Source of the DNA: Acidimicrobiales bacterium
GTDB lineage: Bacteria; Actinomycetota; Acidimicrobiia; Acidimicrobiales; JAJPHE01
Direction: 5' to 3'
NCBI GenBank assembly: GCA_035533195.1
Contig: DATLUK010000295.1
Location: 1-48,123, forward strand
Length of the DNA stretch: 48,123 nucleotides
The notes beneath the pieces were generated by a model, which ran no database searches, was not told where the DNA came from, and saw only the letters and a program-made list of their open reading frames with translations. Made by a program: the position numbers and the translations under genes. Positions 42,254 to 48,123 of this stretch are shown piece by piece; the stretch's first letter is position 1; the number at the start of each line of letters is the position of its first letter.

Positions 42254-43291
42254 ATGAAACTCGGCCTGCAACTCGGATATTGGCAGGCGCAGCCGCCCGC
42301 TGACGCGCTCGACAAGATCCTTGAGGCGGAGAAGCTCGGCTTCGACATTGTCTTCACCGCCGAGTCTTGGGGCTCCGACGCCTTTAGCCCCCTGGCCTGG
42401 TGGGGGGCGTCCACCAGCCGCATCCGACTGGGCACCGCCATCGTGCAGATGTCGGCCCGGACACCCACGTCGACGGCCATGCACGCGCTGACCATCGACC
42501 ACCTGTCTTCTGGGCGCCTGGTTCTCGGCCTGGGTCTGTCCGGTCCCCAGGTGGTGGAGGGCTGGTACGGCCAGCCCTTTGGCAAGCCTCTCGCCCGGAC
42601 GCGGGAATACCTGGACATTGTGCGCCAAGTGCTGGTTCGCGAGGGTCCCGTCACCAGCCCCGGGCCCCACTTCCCGCTTCCCTACAACGGTCCCAACGCC
42701 GTCGGTCTGGGTAAGGCACTCAGACCGATCACCCATCCGCTCCGGGCCGATCTACCGATATGGCTCGGTTCTGAAGGGCCCAAGAACGTGGCACTCACCG
42801 CGGAGATCGCCGACGGCTGGCTGCCCATCTACTACTCCCCCAAAGTGAGTGACATGTATCAGTCGTGGCTAAACGAGGGCTTCGCCCGACCCAGTGCTCG
42901 GAGCACGCCCGAGAGGTTCGAGATCGCCAGCAATTGTTCAGTTGTGATCACCGACGAGCGCGACAAGGCCCTCGAGTCGATGAGACCGGGGCTGGGCTTC
43001 TATATCGGAGGCATGGGAGCCAAGGACATGAACTTCCACAAGAACGTCTTCTCGCGCATGGGCTACGAGAAGGAGGCAGACCAGATCCAGGACCTCTTCT
43101 TCGAGGGCAAGCGCGACGAGGCGGTGGCGTCCGTCCCTCTCGACATGGTGGCCGACATCTCCCTGGTAGGAAGCCGCCAACAGATCCGGGCCGAGCTGCC
43201 GATGTGGGAGGAGGCCGGCGTCACCATGCTCGTCATCGGTGCCCGTAGCCTGGACGAGATGCGCGACGTGGCCGAGGTGATCCTGGGTTAG
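42254..43291 (+). CDS. LLM-class (luciferase-like) F420-dependent oxidoreductase, intact
   Basis: 345 aa with MKLGLQLGYW, FTAESWGSDAF, GLGLSGPQVVEGWYG and a C-terminal TIM-barrel pattern. An AAGGAG RBS lies upstream. Confidence 0.9.
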   Translation: MKLGLQLGYWQAQPPADALDKILEAEKLGFDIVFTAESWGSDAFSPLAWWGASTSRIRLGTAIVQMSARTPTSTAMHALTIDHLSSGRLVLGLGLSGPQVVEGWYGQPFGKPLARTREYLDIVRQVLVREGPVTSPGPHFPLPYNGPNAVGLGKALRPITHPLRADLPIWLGSEGPKNVALTAEIADGWLPIYYSPKVSDMYQSWLNEGFARPSARSTPERFEIASNCSVVITDERDKALESMRPGLGFYIGGMGAKDMNFHKNVFSRMGYEKEADQIQDLFFEGKRDEAVASVPLDMVADISLVGSRQQIRAELPMWEEAGVTMLVIGARSLDEMRDVAEVILG

Positions 43292-43446
43292 CCCTAGGGC
43301 ACCACGGGTGCAGCGAACGGCAGGGTAACTACGACCGCTGGCCGATGTGACCGCCAGGTGCGCGTCAGTAGCTAACCCTAGCGAAAACACCAGTAGTGAC
43401 GACGCGCTGCGCCCGTTGTTGGAACTTCAGCAGAGCTGGGTCGAGT

Positions 43447-44250
43447 TCAGTCAAGGAACCGTGGGCTACGATGTTCCTTACGGGCGCGAATGGCCTCCTC
43501 GAAATTCTCCGTTGTCATTCGCACATACAGTTGGGTGGTGCCTTCTGCCTCCATGTGGGACGCCAGGCTCCCAGCGTCCAGGCTGGCCCAGAGCATCCGC
43601 TTGGTCAGCTCCACACCGATTCGGCTGTAGCCGATCATCTTCTCGGCCAAGTCGAGGCAGGCGGGGATTAGCTCTTCACCTACGGTCAGACGCGAAACCA
43701 AACCAATGCGCTCGGCCTCGACAGCCTGAACGTCACGCCCGGACAACATGATCTCGAAGGCCCTGGAGGATCCAATGGCCCGAGGTAGGAGGTAGCTGAT
43801 CCCCAGCTCGGCGGCCGTTAGCCCGTTGTTGATTCCCGCAGCCCTGAAGTAAGCAGTATCTGAGCAAAGCCGGATATCAGTGGCTACCGCAAGACAAAAG
43901 CCTCCACCAATCGCTGGGCCGTTGATGGCCCCGATTATCGGCTGATGCATGCGACGCATAGCGCGTACGACATCATCGAGGATCTCCAACGCCCGTTGGG
44001 AGATGGTTGTCCGAGTCAGACCTTCGATACCCGGGATCGTCCCCCCATCCTCCAGGTCGGCGCCGGAACAGAACCCGGCGCCGGCGCCGGTTATGACTAC
44101 CACGCGTGTGTCGTTGTCCCGACTGACCGCTTCCAGCGACTCTCGAAAAGGGATCATCACATCGAAAGCCATAGCGTTCATGCGCTCAGGTCGGTTGAGG
44201 GTGATCTGCGTGACGTGGGGCCTCGGCTTGTCGATTATTACGAAGGCCAT
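43447..44250 (-). CDS. Enoyl-CoA hydratase/isomerase (crotonase family)
   Basis: 267 aa with ITLNRPERMNAM, VITGAGAGFCSGADL and AINGPAIGGGFCLA. Confidence 0.9.
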   Translation of the reverse strand: MAFVIIDKPRPHVTQITLNRPERMNAMAFDVMIPFRESLEAVSRDNDTRVVVITGAGAGFCSGADLEDGGTIPGIEGLTRTTISQRALEILDDVVRAMRRMHQPIIGAINGPAIGGGFCLAVATDIRLCSDTAYFRAAGINNGLTAAELGISYLLPRAIGSSRAFEIMLSGRDVQAVEAERIGLVSRLTVGEELIPACLDLAEKMIGYSRIGVELTKRMLWASLDAGSLASHMEAEGTTQLYVRMTTENFEEAIRARKEHRSPRFLD

Positions 44251-44308
44251 GAATGCTCTTCTCCTTTAGGGGAACGCCTCAAGCATCGTAGGTGAACGCC
44301 CGCCCGGC

Positions 44309-44965
44309 TCACCGAGCCATCCCCGCAGGCGCGGTGTCGCGGGGGCGGATAAAGACGCCCTCGGCTTCGGCCGTGATTTGCCCGCCGACGGTGATCGCCC
44401 CCCAGACCTTGACCCGGCGTCCCTCTACGGACAGGAGCCGGGCCTCGAGGCCGAGCTCGGTGGCGATCGGAGTGCCCTGCCGGTACCGGATGGTGAGCGT
44501 ACCCGTGAAGCCGGGGCTTCCGGCCACCACCGCGCCCATGCCCAGCACCTGATCAAGGATGGCTGACACCACCCCCCCGTGGACCAACCCTGGAGGGCCC
44601 ATATAGGCGGGCCCGCAATAGACCCGGCCCACTACAGCTTCACCGTCGGTCCGCAAGTGAAGGTCGGGCGCCAGGGGGTTGTAGGTGCCGACGACGGGGT
44701 TGACCGGCATCAAACGGCCCAGGTCATTGCCGAAGTCGGCGGCCACCATGCCACCAGTGCGCCCATTAGCCATCCGCGCTCCCCAGGGGTCGGCGTCGGT
44801 GGCCGCCTCCAATCGTTCGGCCAGGCGGCCGGCCTCGGCCACCGCTGTCGTTAGTTCCTCCCCGTCGATACCCGTCACGACCACAGCGTCGGCCACCCGG
44901 TTGAGGGCTCGGGCTAGTGCCTCGAGGGCCTCCAGGCGCAGGACGTGGGCCCGGTCACCCATCAT
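44309..44965 (-). CDS. PaaI-family (hotdog-fold) thioesterase with a helical N-terminal extension
   Basis: 218 aa with [17 protein letters not shown] and a C-terminal beta-rich hotdog pattern. ATGA overlap with the upstream gene. Confidence 0.8.
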   Translation of the reverse strand: MMGDRAHVLRLEALEALARALNRVADAVVVTGIDGEELTTAVAEAGRLAERLEAATDADPWGARMANGRTGGMVAADFGNDLGRLMPVNPVVGTYNPLAPDLHLRTDGEAVVGRVYCGPAYMGPPGLVHGGVVSAILDQVLGMGAVVAGSPGFTGTLTIRYRQGTPIATELGLEARLLSVEGRRVKVWGAITVGGQITAEAEGVFIRPRDTAPAGMAR

Positions 44966-45510
44966 CGGCCCTTGAACACGGAAGTGCGCTTCTCCATGAA
45001 GGCCTGCGGTCTCTCCTTGGCATCCTCGGTCATGAACACCTCCCTGCCGATACGGTTCTCGATGCGCATCGCTTCGTCCTCGGACACCCCGAACCGGGCA
45101 CTCTCCCCCGGCACCCGGATGTCGGTGGCCTGGAGGATCTCGGTGCCACCGGCTACGGCCGGGCCCTCCACGGCAGCTATAAGGGGCTTGGTGAGCCGGA
45201 ATCCCTTGAGCAGGGACTTGATCACCCCATCGGCCAGGCCGCCGTCCGACGAGGTATCCGATTGCTCAGCCCTGAACGAGTCACCGGGGTGTTGTCGGGT
45301 CATGGCCTTCAGATCGGCGCCGGCGCAAAAGCGGCTTCCCGCGCCGGTGAGAATGCCGACGCGGATATCGGGATTGGAGTTGATCTCGTCCCACGCCTCC
45401 CCGAGGAGCTGGGTCATTTCTGGCGACAGGGCGTTGCGCGCCTCGGGTCGGTTAATGGTCAGCACCAGGGTGTGGCCGACCATCTCGGTCAACCGGTGAG
45501 ATGCGCTCAT
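44962..45510 (-). CDS. Crotonase-family protein carrying a ~85-aa in-frame internal deletion (possibly non-functional)
   Basis: 182 aa from ATG 45510 (AGGAG RBS). It is collinear with the 31073-31891 paralogue through ...[33 protein letters not shown]. It then jumps directly to the last ~38 residues ([31 protein letters not shown]). Confidence 0.7.
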   Translation of the reverse strand: MSASHRLTEMVGHTLVLTINRPEARNALSPEMTQLLGEAWDEINSNPDIRVGILTGAGSRFCAGADLKAMTRQHPGDSFRAEQSDTSSDGGLADGVIKSLLKGFRLTKPLIAAVEGPAVAGGTEILQATDIRVPGESARFGVSEDEAMRIENRIGREVFMTEDAKERPQAFMEKRTSVFKGR

Positions 45511-45656
45511 TTCTCTTCTCCTCGTGAATTCGAGCCCTTCTGGGCCCGGTCGTGGACCCCGGGGCGAGGTGTACGAGACAGCCCACCGCGCAGGACCGGA
45601 CACCAGCTCGGGTCGCTCTTGGCCGGGAAACCTTCCCCGCAAGAACGCGGCACCTC

Positions 45657-48086
45657 CTACTCGGCCGGCTCGGTGACCTCGAGGACACCCGCCTTGACCA
45701 GCTCCTCAATATGATCGTCGTCAAGGCCGAGGAGGTCCCGGGCGATCTCCCGGCTGTGCTCGCCCAGCCAGGGTGCAGGCCCAATGAAGGGGTCGCCCAT
45801 GCCGCTGGCGTGGAAGGCCGGCCCCTCGAAGGTCATTCTGCCGACCCCGGGCTGCACCCGCTCGACCAGGTAGCCGCGCGCCTGCAGGTGGGGGTCGCCC
45901 GGCTCGTCACTGGAGTAGGTCATCATGGCCGCCGGCACACCGTGGGCCTGCAGATGCTCCATGACCACCCGGTCGGGCCGGTCGGAGGTCCACTCCTCTA
46001 TGCGCCGGTCGACCTCGTCATGACGGGCCCGGCGGCCTTCGATCGTCTGGAGGCCGGCGTCAGCGGCCCAGTCGGGATCACCGAGGGCGTGGCGCAAGCA
46101 GGCCCAGTCCTCGTCGTCCCGGCAGGTGATCACGCACCAGCGCTCCTCTCCCTGACAGCGGTAGACCCCCCATGGCGCTCCTCGCTCGCTTCGGTTGCCC
46201 TGGGGCTTCACTGAGCCGGGTTCCAGACCCTCCTGCAGGAAGTAGTGCGACATCATGCCTAGCACCGTCTCCACCTGGGCCACCTCTACGTGAGCACCCC
46301 CTCCGGTCCCGACCCCACGCTGTCGTCCGATGAGGGCGGCCAGGGCCCCGACCGCACACAAACGGCCAGCCACGTGATCTGGGAAGATGACCATGGCACC
46401 AGGGGGCATACCTCCACCCGGGAAGTTCCACAGCCAGGTCATGCCTCCCGCCGGACGGGTGCTGGGGCCGTAACCGAGCCAATCCGCCCAGGGACCGCTC
46501 GAACCCATCAGCTGGCTACTCACCATGACCAGACCCCGGTTGATCTGCGCAAGGGTCTCGTAACCCAACCCCATGTCGTCCATGGTCCCAGTCGAGTTGT
46601 TCTCGATCACCACATCGACCTGAGCCGCTAGGCGGTGGACGAGCTCGAGACCCTCGGGCGTCTTGAGATTGACACCGAGGCTGCGCTTGGAGCGGCTGGA
46701 GGAGGCAAAGGAAGCGCTGGTCTCACCACCGGACACCAAGCGGATGAAGTCGGGGTAGGTGCGGCTTTCCACTTTGATGACGTCAGCACCGTATTCGGCG
46801 AAGAGACGTCCCGCCTCCACCCCCACGCCGCCATGGCCGAAGTCGAGGACGAGCAGGCCCCGGAAGGGCAGATGGTGATCGCCTTGGCGAACCCCATCGG
46901 GGGCGACGTCGCTTCCAGCCGGGTCCCGCACGCCGGCCGCCTCGGTCCATGAGGACTCGACCTCGGCGTCGTGCTCCCCCAGGGCTGGTGCCCGGTGACG
47001 GAACCCGGCCCGCTGTCCATCCAGCTCGAAGAAGCTGGAGGCCAGCGGCCCCCGGACGCCGGGGGCAACCTCGGCGGCGACGAAGGACCCCCGGGCAGCG
47101 AAGTGCTCGGCGCCGAGCACGGCTCCGGGATCCAGCACAGGGGTCATCACGATCCCTCGCTTCTGGGCCTCGGCGGACAACTCGGCCATGTTGCGGCCCG
47201 CGAAGAGCTCGCGAAACATCGGATCGAGGATGTCATCTTGGATGCTCACCCGTCCCATCAGGCTGTCCCAGTGCTCGTCCTGCAGAATCTCCGGCTCACC
47301 CAGCCAGGCTCGCATGGCGTGCCACTGGCGAGGGCTGAGGATCACCAGGCGGACGTACCCGTCGGCGCAAGGGTACAGTGGGTACACGAGACCGGACCCG
47401 GCCCGCACCTCGGCGTAGGCGCCACCGGCATTGCTGATGGAGCTGAAGTTGGGAAGGGCCCAGTCCGAGACCTGGGCCGTGGCTTCCAGGATCGACAGGT
47501 CGAGGTGCTGACCAGCGCCGGTGCGAAGCCGTTGCCAGTAGGCAGTCAGGCTGGCGAAAGCCCCCATGATCCCGGCAACGTCGTAGGCGAGAACGCCGGG
47601 GACAAGGAGGGGTGGCATATCGGGCACGCCTGAGCGGAATAGCTCACCGGCCAGGGCCACTAGCACCGGATCGGTCGCCTGCCAATCCTCGTATGGCCCG
47701 GTATGGCCGTAGTCGCTGATAGAAGTCACCACCAGGTGTCCGACACGCCGCGCCACCTCGGCAGGGTCGAAACCCACTTGGGCCAGCTGACCGGGGCGGG
47801 AGGTCTCCACCCAAACATCGGCCCGCTCAAGGAGACGGAGCAGGCGCCGACGGCCCCCCTCGGATTCGAGGTCGACCACCCCGCCCCGCTTGTTGAAGTT
47901 CCTCACCGCGTAATAGAGGCTGTGCTCCCCGTGGAACGGCGGCACGCGCCGAGACACAGAGCCCCCGGCCGGCTCCAGGCGCACCACATCGGCCCCCAGG
48001 TCGGCCAGGAGGCGGCCACACAGCTCGCCCTTCTCATCGGCCATGTCCACGACCCGCAGGCCGTGCAGGGGCAACTCATCGATCAC
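45657..48086 (-). CDS. Tandem (two-module) family III CaiB/BaiF CoA-transferase, 809 aa (paralogue of 16483-18966)
   Basis: Module 1: [36 protein letters not shown]...AYDVAG. Module 2: [39 protein letters not shown]...FPDHVAG. The GTG start has GGAGG 11 nt upstream. Confidence 0.88.
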   Translation of the reverse strand: MIDELPLHGLRVVDMADEKGELCGRLLADLGADVVRLEPAGGSVSRRVPPFHGEHSLYYAVRNFNKRGGVVDLESEGGRRRLLRLLERADVWVETSRPGQLAQVGFDPAEVARRVGHLVVTSISDYGHTGPYEDWQATDPVLVALAGELFRSGVPDMPPLLVPGVLAYDVAGIMGAFASLTAYWQRLRTGAGQHLDLSILEATAQVSDWALPNFSSISNAGGAYAEVRAGSGLVYPLYPCADGYVRLVILSPRQWHAMRAWLGEPEILQDEHWDSLMGRVSIQDDILDPMFRELFAGRNMAELSAEAQKRGIVMTPVLDPGAVLGAEHFAARGSFVAAEVAPGVRGPLASSFFELDGQRAGFRHRAPALGEHDAEVESSWTEAAGVRDPAGSDVAPDGVRQGDHHLPFRGLLVLDFGHGGVGVEAGRLFAEYGADVIKVESRTYPDFIRLVSGGETSASFASSSRSKRSLGVNLKTPEGLELVHRLAAQVDVVIENNSTGTMDDMGLGYETLAQINRGLVMVSSQLMGSSGPWADWLGYGPSTRPAGGMTWLWNFPGGGMPPGAMVIFPDHVAGRLCAVGALAALIGRQRGVGTGGGAHVEVAQVETVLGMMSHYFLQEGLEPGSVKPQGNRSERGAPWGVYRCQGEERWCVITCRDDEDWACLRHALGDPDWAADAGLQTIEGRRARHDEVDRRIEEWTSDRPDRVVMEHLQAHGVPAAMMTYSSDEPGDPHLQARGYLVERVQPGVGRMTFEGPAFHASGMGDPFIGPAPWLGEHSREIARDLLGLDDDHIEELVKAGVLEVTEPAE

Positions 48087-48123
48087 AGGTGGAAACCTCC
48101 AGAAGTTTGGCGTGTGGCTCGAC

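Noticed and set aside
43283-43377. A long-range inverted repeat, GGGTTAGC (about 43284) with GCTAACCC (about 43370), plus a CCCTAGGG palindrome in the convergent gap after the LLM gene.
   Set aside because: The arms are short (8 bp) and about 80 nt apart in a terminator-type gap. This is plausibly chance and has no supporting feature.
1-48123. A search for CRISPR arrays, tRNA/rRNA genes, insertion sequences, integrases, phage genes or recognisable defence systems beyond the TA cassette.
   Set aside because: I saw no regularly spaced repeats, cloverleaf-like segments, transposase or recombinase motifs, or nuclease/helicase/methylase signatures in any frame I read. The window looks like core or accessory metabolic DNA rather than a mobile or defence island.

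Overview
The window is a GC-rich, densely coding chromosomal segment that looks like Actinomycetota (about two-thirds G+C by eye, not computed). I saw no rRNA, tRNA, CRISPR array, transposase or integrase.

Left to right:
1. A mazEF-type toxin-antitoxin cassette, a 5'-truncated NTF2/SnoaL-like gene and a 47-codon ribbon-helix-helix ORF that is absent from the ORF track.
2. A LOG-family gene, an SDR, a PPOX/F420-class flavoprotein, a Baeyer-Villiger monooxygenase (BVMO) and an amidohydrolase.
3. A five-gene Dpp/Opp-type ABC importer.
4. A nitronate-monooxygenase-like flavoenzyme and an alpha-methylacyl-CoA-racemase-like family III CoA-transferase.
5. A frameshifted LLM/F420-type oxidoreductase downstream of an 827-aa protein made of two family III CoA-transferase modules.
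6. A Liv-type ABC system with a fused LivH-LivM permease. Its single LivF-like ATPase is translationally coupled to two uncharacterised envelope proteins.
7. A P450-ADH-acyl-CoA synthetase-esterase-enoyl-CoA hydratase-ADH block.
8. An MFS exporter and a deletion relic of a second BVMO.
9. A TetR regulator divergent from a thiolase-like/OB-fold fusion. Next to it is an operon of two DUF35 proteins, two Cys-less thiolase-like (Ltp3/Ltp4-like) proteins and an amidohydrolase, divergent from an intact LLM oxidoreductase.
10. A deleted crotonase, a PaaI thioesterase, a crotonase and a second tandem CoA-transferase paralogue.

Two KstR-type operator-like palindromes, plus gene content and order, suggest a steroid or branched-lipid CoA-ester catabolic island.

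The main items worth a second look are:
- the DUF35/Cys-less thiolase module;
- the duplicated single-chain tandem CoA-transferases;
- the ATPase-coupled unknown envelope gene pair;
- a BVMO with an altered fingerprint motif;
- a recurrent pattern of decayed paralogues (in-frame deletion relics and one frameshift).

All family calls come from reading motifs by eye. No database search was run.
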